Source: Ylistrum balloti
Taxonomy: Eukaryota
DNA: 64,000 bases
Reading direction: 5' to 3'
Assembly: GCF_031769215.1 (NCBI RefSeq)
Contig: NW_026781958.1
Coordinates: 2,232,001 to 2,296,000, forward strand
Shown: one piece after another, positions 27,350-39,621 of the stretch
Layout: every line of letters begins with the position of its first letter
How positions within the stretch are numbered: the stretch's first letter is position 1
Program-made: the position numbers and the translations under genes
The notes under the pieces: model-generated
Databases searched by the model: none
What the model was told of the DNA's origin: nothing
Seen by the model: only the letters and a program-made list of their open reading frames with translations

Positions 27350-28602
27350 CTGAAAATTAACCAGAGGATACTTCATATGTATAAAATCCTAGTTCGTTAT
27401 AATGATAGTATAAAAATGGCGGAGTGGAGAAGGAGAGGGGGAGGGGCTCTGGGATAAAGCAGTCATAGTAAGTACGCTTTTTTGGAAGGGTATGCCTCGT
27501 GGACTAAGAAACAGCTTTCTTTAAAGAAAATCAATGTCGTAAATTAGTATTTGAGAGTTTGAAGCAAACCTATGCTTTAACCTATAGATTTGTATGTAAA
27601 AATAAACATATATACATATATAAAATCAATTGGAAATGTGTTGAGTGATCATTAGGGTTTTATTAACTGGGTTTGTTATTCCTTATTTTATTTCTATTAC
27701 TTAAGTACTAAATCCTTGACACAAATATTTAATAAAGCAGACAGTTGCAAAAAAGGTGTGTAACAACTGACAAAATGATCAAGAACGGATCCCTATTTTG
27801 GACTTTCGGCTTATGACATAGCTATGTATATACACAACTAAAATCGGAAGACTATACATGTATTTATTATCCGGAATTAAAGATTCCGGAACATTGTTTT
27901 TTTTTATCTATGTTCGTCCCAACTACTCCACTATAATTGATATCAAGATGATGTCTTGCCGATCGCATTTGTACTGTACTGGTATCCACATAACCAGACG
28001 CCTTTCATAAATATTTGTTTGGCGTCAAAATAGTTAAGAAAAGGTCTACAGTTTACCGTTATAAGTTTCGTAAGTGTAAGGTAATACACCTACAAATTGC
28101 ATAATTAGTTTTAAATGGTATATTTATCTGATTGAATCATTATTTCATTATTCCATATGAAGAGCGGAACGCCTTAGGTACTGGATTCTATTGAATTAAA
28201 CATCTACAACGATGTTTTATGCAAATTCATTGACTGTCAACATTGCCCTGTAAAAACATGATCGTGACGACGAGGTGGACACGGAGGAACATGTAAAACG
28301 TTTTAAATGTCTGAAAGTTCAAAAACAAGATTTTTAATAACAGCAACAGATTAGAGACGGATATTATATATGAAAAATTAAATCCCCATAGCCAGAAAGC
28401 CAATATTGATTTAGCCCGTCAGTGTGTAGGAGAACACTTTCTGGTGAGTTTTGAAGACAAGAACCATACCCCCCGGGAAGGTTTAAATTTTATCCTGTCT
28501 TACATTGGACAATACTATTCTCAACTATAATCAAACTGTGACCTACAAAATAATACAATAATGTATGTAACTATAAATATTGTTTTATAACCAAATCATC
28601 AA

Positions 28603-28960
28603 AGACTAAGATAAACAGTATCACTTATGTGACTTAATTTTAAGTGCGGAAGAATATACCATTTTATATTGACAAGTTTATAGACTAAGATAAACAGTTT
28701 CACTTATGTGACTTAATTTTAAGTGCGGAAGAATATACCATTTTATATTGACAAGTTTATAGACTAAGATAAACAGTATCACTTATGTGACTTAATTTTA
28801 AGTGCGGAAGAATATACCATTTTATATTGACAAGTTTATAGACTAAGATAAACAGTATCACTTAAGTGACTTAATTTTAAGTGCTAAGATAAACAGTATC
28901 ACTTATGTGACTTAATTTTAAGTGCGGAAGAATATACCACTTTATATTGACAAGTCTATA
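28603..28960. repeat. 79-bp tandem repeat, ~4.5 copies, containing internal palindromes
   Basis: AGACTAAGATAAACAG starts at 28603, 28682, 28761 and 28840; the fourth copy is internally truncated and restarts. Confidence 0.95.
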
Positions 28961-29234
28961 TTAGACTGCGTTCCTTCGCGCCTGTGACAGTTAGAGTTTA
29001 ACATTCCATCTCCTACATTTTATGGTAACTTTCAGTCAGTTTCTTAAAGTTACACGAGAAATTTTCTATTGAAAATATTTCCTTTTTACAAAATTATCGT
29101 AAACTTAAAATCTATCATTTGTTTGTTGTAAAATTTGAATGAATGAAATAAATATCTTATGTTTTTATTTTTTGTGTATTAAATATTGTATTGGCCGCTC
29201 GAAGAGAATTGTACAGTAAAATCGTGTGATATGT

Positions 29235-29319
29235 TACTTTGATGTTTAATTGTCTACTTTGATGTTTAATTGTCTACTTTGATGTTTAATTGTCTACTTT
29301 GATGTCTACTTTGATGTTT
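29235..29319. repeat. 20-bp tandem repeat (TACTTTGATGTTTAATTGTC) x3 plus shortened copies
   Basis: Read directly. Confidence 0.9.
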
Positions 29320-32300
29320 TCAGTCAAGGTTATCACTATTTTCGTGCACTCTATTTTAACTGGAGACCGTTTTGACTTACCTTTATAATATCAATTCATC
29401 AATTTTCAATGTCATCAGGATTTGAAAGGACATAGAATAAACAACGAAATTAATAGTTAATTTGGAAATTAATTCTATCTAAGTAACACGATACATATAA
29501 AGGTCATGATTTCTATGTCGGTTGCAAAATTTCGTAAAAACGGTTCGAGAAAAGCACAGGGCTACGGTTAGAAGTCACTTTGATGTCACATCCTGAAATA
29601 TATATCGTATTGAATTAAAGGCCTTGAATGAAACAATTTTTTCCAATACCTACCGGAGTCGAAAATGTGAAGATACCTAAAAACATGATTTGCCCTGGTT
29701 TAATTGAATTTGTGTTTAGATTGGGATTGTGTTGACATTTTGGTATGTTGTTTATGTTGACGTGGTCGTTACAAGGCCGGATGTTATAGACTTAAATAAA
29801 CATTAGTTTTCCACCAATCACTGATACTTAAATTATTCATTTCCATCTTTTTCTTTTAACTAATTACATTTTCATGTTATAAGGTCAATAAATATACATT
29901 GCAGATATTGATCTGAGGAAATCAATCAATCAAATATTGAATATTGATCAATCAGTGAGTTTGATGTGAACACTTAACGACCATAAATATTCATGATAAT
30001 ATCATATTGATCATCTGCTTCTGGACAACTTATTTATTCATCAGGTATTTAACAGTGTATATGATTATGAACCTTACAAAATGGTGCTAACTATTTGCGA
30101 ATATGTAATTATATCCCGAAAAGTAAATAAGTCCCAAATAAATGTAATTAGCAGATTTATAAGTGGTTTTCAATACAGTGTGAGGAATTTTTTCAACAAA
30201 ATGCCGAGCTCTCATAATAGGGCTTCATATTCTGTAACGACACGAGTTCACGGTGATTTAAGAGTTATTCAAGCATTTAATAACTTAACAATAATGCTAT
30301 TAATGTATCGTCAAATGGTATATTGTTTGTAGATCACAACCTGTCTATTCAGCCCAACATACTTTATGAATATTTCAATTATTGTAAATAAGACATTGTA
30401 AAACCCGTCCTCATGTAATCTTGGCTGCAGAGATAACGTTGATCACAGGGGGAAAAATCATGTATTACTTTTAATCATTCAAACTTCTATCAAGAATTTC
30501 CTTTAAAATCAGAATATAATAAGAATGAATTACATATATTTATAAACCTGTTTAAACAGACCAAGACTGATATCGTAACCTGTATAAAATAGAGTAAACC
30601 AGACAATAAAAATGTGAACAAGTTATAGGAGACATTGTTTTAAATTGTAAAACTGTACATAACATGGACCGTATGATTAAAAAAATCATCGCATAAGCCA
30701 GAAAAGCTTCACAATTCCACATAAGCTCTTTTGTCATTGTCCCTCAGTTATAGAGCTATAATGTGTTCAAAATAACGATTTTATCTTTTAATTAGCAATT
30801 CAAATTCAATTTTGTATGTTGACTTTTTTAGACAGAGTGATGATATGAGACGCTGACAATGAATAAGATGTATATATATGGCTCTACAACATTTAAAACA
30901 TCTTAAATCCCTTGCATTAATGAGACAGAATGTAAAAGTAAAACTATATCGTATAGACGATAATGTACCTTACATCGAACATGACGCAGTTTACCAAAGA
31001 TCACACACTGTTAGTCTCCTTTCCTGACATCAATAGCCATATCAAAATTCAATTGTCAGGAGTGGCGTGTAATTATGAGCCGACACGATGACGAGATAGC
31101 TCGTCGTAATATTATCAATATTTCGATTTTTACATAAAATACAGCGTAAGAAATTTCTGAACAAAATCAATGTTTGTAGCGACCTAGTATATGTTAAAAT
31201 CAGCCTGTCATTCCCATTACATTAACACCTTGTCTACAACACCTTATGGAAAAGAACATTGTTCTTCTATATTGTGTACCTCTTGTACAAATCTTTATTG
31301 ATATGGTATTTTGTGTAGCAATATGAGGTGAAATAAACAAGACAATGATCTCCCGTAGACAACCTTAATATAGGGTATATTTATAGAACGTTGACAAAGT
31401 AATACCACTTTTTTCTAACTACTCAAAAATGGAGCTACCCAAAGCTTCAGCGGCTGAAGCAGAACAAAACCGCCTTCTTCAATAACACCTTAATAGAAGA
31501 CAGAATTAAAATTAAACCATGCTTTATATTTTGCGTCCTTTTTACATGATTAAGTATTGAAAATTATGGCATTTTAAAAACGTTGATTAGTGCAGTTTCC
31601 CGTCGTGTGATTTTTGTAAGTTCCTGCCGTTTGTACTAACAAACGAAGAGAGACTAATATAAGGTTGATTATATAAGAAAAAAGACAGTTACAGTATAGA
31701 ATGTTGTGTTATAGCGAGCAAGTTATTAGCACGAGTTTTCCCAAGAAAATCAGCATAATTTGAAAGCATTTGATTACAATTATCAACAATTTATTACTTT
31801 ATTATAGCTGTGTCCGTAATGAGAGGCTAGAACATGTGTTATAATATTTAAACTATAGTTTCCGAGCTCTTAATACACTCGACCCTGCTTGTAAAACCAG
31901 ACGTTATATCTACACTTTTCCTTGACAACTTTATGTCCTGGACACAATGGTAATTAACCCTATATAAACCCTATCGACAGAGTCGTATATCTCAATCAAT
32001 TATCTCCCTGTCCCTAGCAGCGAGAAACACCACCCATTCTCCCGTTATTTACGGTCTGTCAATGGGTTTGTAATGGCGGTCGTCAACCGGCCATCGATGT
32101 TATTACAACCGAGGTTCAATATAGATCTCTGTGTGTGAATATTCCGTACATATATCACTAGTTCAGAAGTCGATATAAGAAACAGTAAGCGTGATAGCTT
32201 TACTCTGTAGCACCAGTCCAGGTTTTTTTACTTCATGGAAACAGCTTTGAATCAAGGATGATTCTTAATTAATCTTAATGGTTCCGGATTCTGAGGAACT

Positions 32301-32489
32301 TCCTCTCCCGTTCTCCTGTTTACCATTATTTCTACCCATCCCCGCCCCTTCCGTAAACTGAACACAGTGTTTTACTGAAACCTCTGTAAACCGAACACAA
32401 TATATATATTCATTACACTTCTGTTTAGACTGGACTTTTCAATACAGTAAACCAAACCCGTATATTAACGGGCGTGTCGTTATATTATT

Positions 32490-32520
<31 letters not shown>

Positions 32521-32974
32521 AAGATGGAAGTTTTATATCAAAACAAAACTTCTTTCCTAGTAAAATCGATACTGATAGTATGTAGCTGTAGGTAAGACGA
32601 AACGAGAACTTAATCGAACTGGTTCTATTGATCAAGCGGTCAATGTATTTGTTTATATTGTGAGGGGAAAGACGAACCCGGGGCTTCCGAAGTTCCTAAC
32701 CACTATGATGTTTTTTTGGATAATGACCTAAAGGAACGACTACCAAATTAATATGACCCAAGTCAGATAAATTTCAAACAACAAAATATTGTGATTTTCA
32801 GGCGGAAATCAAGCAAACGAACAAATATTGACGATGAATTGGTATTTCTGTACATCAACAACTATGTGTAGAAGGATTAAAATTGTCGTCCATGTTTACC
32901 GAGCTAGGTATTTGACAATGGCAGATATTTACCTGCCATCAAAAGCGACACCTGGGTTTAATAACTTAACTTAC

Positions 32975-33075
32975 CTTGTCTATTATCAACACTCACACCT
33001 TGTAGAAAATGAACGACGTCGAAAACAGGTTAAAAATGATTCCCAATGGGCATATTTAAATGCCGCGTCCGATGC
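32975..33075 (-). promoter_or_regulatory. Candidate non-coding first exon and core promoter of gene B
   Basis: Strong donor ACAAG|GTAAGT at 32975/32974, with TTTAAATA about 90 nt upstream and an adjacent CCCATTGG. A second donor AAAG|GTAAGT lies at 29381. Confidence 0.35.
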
Positions 33076-34380
33076 GGTACAGCTTGAACCGTCTGTCCTC
33101 CGGTCGGCTACCACACTGTCCGTGTATATTTACCTATATTAGTGTAATATCGAAAAGACTAGATTTTACGCACTAACTAGGTCTGCGATAAACATCAACC
33201 ACCTCGCTCGTTCGGCTTTGTATTCAGTTCGCTTGGTATAGATCCAATGTGTGTTGTGTGGCTTACAATCTATTGTTGGTATACAATGTCTGAAATGGTG
33301 CTCGAAATATCCGTGAATGTCTCCTTGCTAGATACTCCTTATCACCAGCATTAGAAATCACTCCTTGCGCAGGCTCGCAATACACAACCCTATGTATAGG
33401 TATAGACCATGTCAGCGCTATGTACGGCAAAGATTTGCTTTAAAGTTCTCGCATGTAATTCAATATAAATTAGTCAGCCCATTTTTTCTCTATTTACAAA
33501 AGCATTTCTAAAGGTCGATCTACCCAACCTGTGGCTCGAAGGATCTCAATGCCAGTTAAGACATTATACAAATACAAATGACAATGATTTACATGTAAGA
33601 GGCACGCGGTTTCTTGGTATTGTTGGTCTCCAAGGGCCTATTAGGAGGCGAATCCACCATGAAATTATATACCTAGGGAATTAAACGTTTTGTATACATG
33701 TATGAAGAGGGCATGTTTCGGTTATATTAGGGTTGGTGTTTTCATTTACACTTCATTGTACGTAAAGCTATTCAATAATATATCCAAACAAATTGGCAAT
33801 GGACGAATAGGTGAATAACAGTTTGATTAAACTCCGTCTATGATCTGTTGTGTCTTTATTCCCCTTTTCTTTTTCTTGTTCCTTTCTTTCATAAAGTATT
33901 TGGACATGCCTTACATTTCCACTCCGGATATTTCTGAAGAAATCAGAATGGGCGGTACATGTAGTATGTAGACAGAGCCTAAACAATTATGGCGCTTCAT
34001 GTAAAAAAAAATTACACACGTAGGTGAAAACATGAAACAGGCCAGAGTTTTATATTAAAATTTGTTTTCATGGTATCTATCTATATTTTTCATTTTAAAA
34101 AATAGCGAAATTTTACAGAAATCTTTATCCTGGAGACGTTGTACTATCACAAGTGCTTGGAACTCTTCTCCACAAACATCGTGATGGAAACGCTTACTAT
34201 ATCGGAATGTGGTGTGACTCCTCGGCTCGTGCTGATTATATGAACTCGATTCGTTTGTTATCGATACTGAATATTTGACAATATTTTTTATTTTATACTT
34301 CTGCCGGAAAATGTCGGTTACGAATTATCTCGCACACTACATACATCAGTGCTAGCTCGCTTCGCGCTGGTCATTTGTCT

Positions 34381-35577
34381 GATGAAGGTGACCGTGTAGT
34401 CATCGAAACGTCACAATTAAATCTTCTACTGCTTGTGTTATAAGATGAAGATGACTGTGTAGTCATCGAAACATCACTATTAAATCTTCTACTGGTTGTG
34501 TTATAAGATGAAGATGACTGTGTAGTCATCGAAACATCACTTTTAAATCTTCTACTGGTTGTGTTATAAGATGAAGATGACTGTGTAGTCATCGAAACGT
34601 CACTTTTAAATCTTCTACTGGTTGTGTTATAAGATGAAGGTGACGGTGTAGTCATCGAAACGTCACACTCTAATCTTCTACTGGTTGTGTTATAAGATGA
34701 AGATGACTGTGTACTCATCGAAACGTCACTATTAAATCTTCTACTGGTTGTGTTATAAGATGAAGGTGACGGTGTAGTCATCGAAACGTCACACTCTAAT
34801 CTTCTACTGGTTGTGTTATAAGATGAAGGTGACCGTGTAGTCATCGAAACGTCACACTCTAATCTTCTACTGGTTGTGTTATAAGATGAAGATGACTGTG
34901 TACTCATCGAAACGTCACTATTAAATCTTCTACTGGTTGTGTTATAAGATGAAGATGACTGTGTAGTCATCGAAACGTCACTATTAAATCTTCTACTGGT
35001 TGTGTTATAAGATGAAGATGACCGTGTAGTCATCGAAACGTCACACTCTAATCTTCTACTGGTTGTGTTATAAGATGAAGATGACTGTGTAGTCATCGAA
35101 ACGTCACTATTAAATCTTCTACTGGTTGTGTTATAAGATGAAGGTGACCGTGTACTCATCGAAACGTCACTATTAAATCTTCTACTGGTTGTGTTATAAG
35201 ATGAAGGTGACGGTGTAGTCATCGAAACATCACACTCTAATCTTCTACTGGTTGTGTTATAAGATGAAGATGACTGTGTAGTCATCGAAACGTCACTATT
35301 AAATCTTCTACTGGTTGTGTTATAAGATGAAGATGACCGTGTAGTCATGGAGACATCACACACAAATCTTCTACTGGTTGTGTTATAAGATGAATGTGTC
35401 CATGTAGTCATCGAAACATCACACTCTAATCTTCTACTGGTTGTGTTATAAGATGAAGATGACTGTGTAGTCATCGAAACGTCACTATTAAATCTTCTAC
35501 TGGTTGTGTTATAAGATGAAGATGACCGTGTAGTCATCGAAACGTCACTATTAAATCTTCTACTGGTTGTGTTATAA
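34381..35577. repeat. 63-bp minisatellite, 19 copies
   Basis: Monomer GATGAAGATGACTGTGTAGTCATCGAAACGTCACTATTAAATCTTCTACTGGTTGTGTTATAA; span 1197 = 19 x 63; variants shuffled among copies. Confidence 0.97.
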
Positions 35578-35937
35578 CAACTTCTTTTCTGTTTATCTAT
35601 TTCATTTCTATTGGTGTTAGACTTCTGTCAGCAGCTTATATCTCTGAAGGTGTGAGGATACCGACAGATGTCAAATATCTATAACAGCTTTTATTGGGAA
35701 TAAAGCTAGGCTGTCTGAAGTGGGGAAATGAACGTAACAGAATACAGACTCCCTGTGGTGTTCAACTACAATATCTGTATAATGTTTATTTCCAGTAAAA
35801 CAGCTTTTTTATAACTAAACAGAATCGTGTTATGTTAATGTAAAGTAAACATTGTAAGGTTTCCCTCTAAAGTTTACTCTAAGTAGAAAAGAAACGGATT
35901 GAAATCATGTGGTTTTACCAAAAAAGGGCCCTTGTTG

Positions 35938-36127
35938 TTGTCTTCCATTTTTCTCTCTCTTTCTTTCTCTCTCATTCCGTTGTTCTCGTGACTTATCCGT
36001 TCCTTTGGTTGTCTTCCATTTTTCTCTCTCTTTCTTTCTCTTTCACTCCGTTGTTCTCGTGACTTATCCGTTCTATCTCTTTCACTCCGTTGTTCTCGTG
36101 ACTTATCCGTTCCTTTGGTGGTCTTCC
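35938..36127. repeat. 71-bp pyrimidine-rich tandem duplication plus partial third copy
   Basis: TTGTCTTCCATTTTTCTCTC...CCGTTGTTCTCGTGACTTATCCGTTC starts at 35938 and 36009. Confidence 0.85.
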
Positions 36128-36354
36128 TTTTTCTTTTTTAGTCTCTTTTTTCTTGTTGTTGTTGGTTTTTGTTCTTGTTTTCTTGATATATGTTTGTTTC
36201 CATATCTCCCCAATTCCTGGTGTGCTTTCTTCTCTTCTGCCTTGTATGCGTTTCTGATTTTCGTATATACCAAACAGAATTGGAAACCAAAGACATGACA
36301 AGCTCTTCTACAATAAAACCAACATGGACAGTTTTCTTCCTAGCTGTATAATAA

Positions 36355-36920
36355 GCGTGATCATTTCAATTTCCATATCGTGAATTTTCGATAACTGAAT
36401 AGAATCCTACAGTGTCTATATGTTGCAGTTGATTCGATATTCAAGGATGTGTTCCCGTTATCACGATTAATGTGCAAGAAGTCGTCAGCTGACGTACAAA
36501 CTCGTAATATATGGTTTCAAAAGATACAGGTTGGTGACAATTATGGGGAAGTTTTACAGTCGTCATAGTGATCTCATTGAGAAATATTCTATTTCTTTTT
36601 ACGATATGAAGCTGGAAGTGTTTGATGCTCGTTAGTGTGCCTGGTGGTTCCGTTGTACGATATGAAGCTGGAAGTGTTGGATGCTCGTTAGTTTGCCTGT
36701 TGGTTCAGTTGTTGTATACCTTGTTCTCATTTCAGAGCGTGACATTACTTAGTAGGATTGACCAAGAAGCAGAAGACGCTTACTATTCCACCTGGTCTTA
36801 TTCTCCTTGTAATTTTCAGGAGTTTCCGTGTATATATTTCTTTGTTTATTTGTTTATATTTTGTCTGGTTTGATTTGATTTTAGTTTGAATTATGATTAC
36901 ATTGACATGTTAGTATTTTT
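36355..36920 (+). mobile_element. Penelope-like retroelement 3' fragment (RT C-terminus plus tail with a 56-bp tandem duplication)
   Basis: HFNFHIVNF...YMLQLIRYSRMCSRYHD*...LTYKLVIYGF...GKFYSRHSDLIEKYSIS matches the DFNFPIVNFP / SQLIRYSRAC / KFYGRH motifs. ACGATATGAAGCTGGAAGTG is duplicated at 36601 and 36657, then the GAAGCAGAAGACGCTTACT tail follows. Confidence 0.8.
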
Positions 36921-37115
36921 CTTTTTTCATTTAGGTCATGTTTGGATTCTAAAAGAACTAAAATATTGGTAAATCTTCACTTTTCGAAACTTTCTGTAAT
37001 AAGTAATCTTTCTAAGTATAAACGGTATTCATGGAAGTATTTTTTTTTAATTTCCGTATGTCATTGTTTTGAAAACATTAACTCATTTGGAGCAGTAAAT
37101 ACGTCTTTATCCCCT

Positions 37116-37252
37116 NNNNNNNNNNNNNNNNNNNNNNNNNNNNNNNNNNNNNNNNNNNNNNNNNNNNNNNNNNNNNNNNNNNNNNNNNNNNNNNNNNNNN
37201 NNNNNNNNNNNNNNNNNNNNNNNNNNNNNNNNNNNNNNNNNNNNNNNNNNNN
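37116..37252. other. Assembly gap (137 N)
   Basis: Run of n characters abutting the CT-rich array. Confidence 0.99.
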
Positions 37253-39160
37253 TCCTCCTCCTGCTGCTCCTCCTCTCCTTACCTTCTTCACTTTTTCCAT
37301 CCCCTGATCCTCCTCGCCTTCCCTACTCCCCCTCCTCCAGCTCCTCCTATATCTCCCCCTCCTCCTCCTTCCTTTCTCCTCCTACATCTCTCCCTCCTCC
37401 TCCTTCCTTACCCCTCCTACATCTACCACTTCTCCTCCTTCCTTACTCCTCCTCCATCTCCCCCTTCTCCTCATTCCTTACTCCTCCTCTATCCCCAGTC
37501 CTCCTCCTTCCTTATATCCTCCTCCATTCCCCCCTCCTCCTCCTTCTTTAATCCTCCTACATCTCCCCCATCCCCTCCTCCATTACTTCTCCTCTATCTC
37601 TCCCTCCTCCTCCTTCCTCACCCCTCCTCTATCTCTCCCTCCTCCTTCTTCCTTACTCCTCCTCTATCCCCCTCCTCCTAACTCCATACTCCTCCTCTAT
37701 CGCCCCCTCCTCCTCCTTCCTTATTCCTCCTACATCTCCTCCTCCTTCCTTATTCCCCCTACATCTCCTCCTCCCCCTCTTTCCTTACTCATCCTCCTTC
37801 CTTACTCCTCCTTCATCTCCTCTTCCTCCTCTTTTCATTCCTTTTTCTTTCTCCCCCTCCTCCATCTCCCCCACCTATTCTTCTCCTTCCCTACTCCTCC
37901 TCCATCTTCCCCACCTACTCCTCTCCTTCCCTACTACTCCTCCTCCATCTCCCCCACCTACTTCTCTCCTTCCCTACTCCTCCTCCATCTCCCCCATCTA
38001 CTCCTCTCCTTCCCTACTACTCTTCCATCTCCTCCTACTACTCATCTCCTTCCCTACTCCTCCTCCTCCATCTCCACCACCTACTCCTCTCCTTCCCTAC
38101 TCCTCCTCCTCCTCCATCTTCCCCACCTACTCCTCTCCTTCCCTAATACTCCTCCTCCATCTCCCCCACCTACTCCTCTCCTTCCCTACTCCTCCTCCTC
38201 CATCTCCCCCACCTACTCCTCTCCTTCCCTACTCCTCCTACATCTCCCCCTCCTACTCCTCTCCTTCCTTACTACTCCTCCTCCATCTCCCCCACCTACT
38301 CCTCTCCTTCCCTACTCCTCCTCCTCCATCTCCCCCACCTACTCCTCTCCTTCCCTACTCCTCCTCCATCTCCCCCACCTACTCCTCTCCTTCCCTACTC
38401 CCCCTCCATCTTCCCCACCTACTCCTCTCCTTTCCTACTACTCCTCCTCCATCTCCCCCACCTACTCCTCTCCTTCCCTACTCCTCCATCTCCCCCACCT
38501 ACTCCTCTCCTTCCCTACTACTCTTCCATCTCCCCCTCCTACTTATCTCCTTCCCTACTCCTCCTCCTCAATCTCCACCACCTACTCCTCTCCTTCCCTA
38601 CTCCTCCACCTCCATCTTCCCCACCTACTCCTCTCCTTCCCTACTCCTCCTCCTCCATCTCCCCCACCTACTCCTCTCCTTCCCTACTCCTCCTCCTCCA
38701 TCTCCCCCACCTACTCCTCTCCTTCCCTACTCCTCCTACATCTCCCCCTCCTACTCCTCTCCTTCCTTACTCCTCCTCCTCCTCCATCTCCCCACCTACT
38801 CCTCTCCTTCCCTACTCCTCCTACATCTCCACCACCTACTCCTCCTCCATCTCCCCCATCTACTCCTCTCCTTCCTTACTACTCCTCCTCCATCTCCTCC
38901 ACCTACTCCTCTCCTTCCCTACTCCTCCTCCATCTCCCCCACCTACTCCTCTCCTTCCCTACTCCTCCTCCATCTTCCCCACCTACTCCTCTCCTTCCCT
39001 ACTCCTCCTTCATCTCCCCCACCTACTCCTCTCCTTCCCTACTCCTCCTCCATCTCCCCCACCTACTCCTCTCCTTCCCTACTCCTCCTTCATCTCCCCC
39101 ACCTACTCCTCTCCTTCCCTACTCGTCCTATACCACCTCCTCCTCCTCCTCCTCCTCCTC
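37253..39160. repeat. Polypyrimidine minisatellite (~38-41 bp, CTACTCCTCCTCCATCTCCCCCACCTACTCCTCTCCTTCC), ~1.9 kb
   Basis: Plus strand almost free of G. Degenerate CCT-triplet zone 37253-37850, regular units ~37850-39125, ending in (CCT)n. Confidence 0.95.
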
Positions 39161-39621
39161 AAATATATGTTAAACTAAGAGAACCATGTTTCTCTTAATA
39201 AACAACTCGATTTCGTTGCATTATAGTAAATTCATTATATATTTGTACAAGTGTGTATTATCTAATACCATTTATATAAAAAGTTTCTGACTATCACTAA
39301 ATTTCAAGACATCATAGAAAGAGCATAATGATATCTGACATATTTGTCACGACCATGGTGAAACATTTAAATGAAGTATTTATCCATTCCTGCCCCTCAG
39401 AGTTTAAAACACGAGCCTCGTTTCCTTATCAATGGGATTCTGAATCTTGGAACACTTTCGGCATCAAACGTTTTAATCCAGGGAACTTATGATGGTGACC
39501 TCCCATGATGTCATGGGAAACGACGTGACCCGCTCGTGACACTGAGATCGTTTTTCCCACTCGGCAGATCTATAAGGAAGTTCATTAAGATGGAAGGTAT
39601 ATTTCTGAATATCTATTTTCG

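Noticed and set aside
28603-28960. CRISPR-like array (palindromic repeats)
   Set aside because: Units abut with no unique spacers, there are no cas genes, and the context is spliceosomal eukaryotic DNA. The same applies to the 63-bp and 43-bp arrays.
34371-35537. 388-aa Ser/Thr-rich ORF as a protein-coding gene
   Set aside because: Coincides exactly with the 63-bp satellite, has no signal peptide or supported flanking exons, and variation is mostly non-synonymous. Kept only as a low-interest finding.
35909-36301. Charged (minus) and hydrophobic (plus) ORFs
   Set aside because: Explained by the purine/pyrimidine-biased 71-bp duplication and A-rich low complexity.
36942-37307. ORFs spanning the N run
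   Set aside because: Artefacts of the assembly gap.
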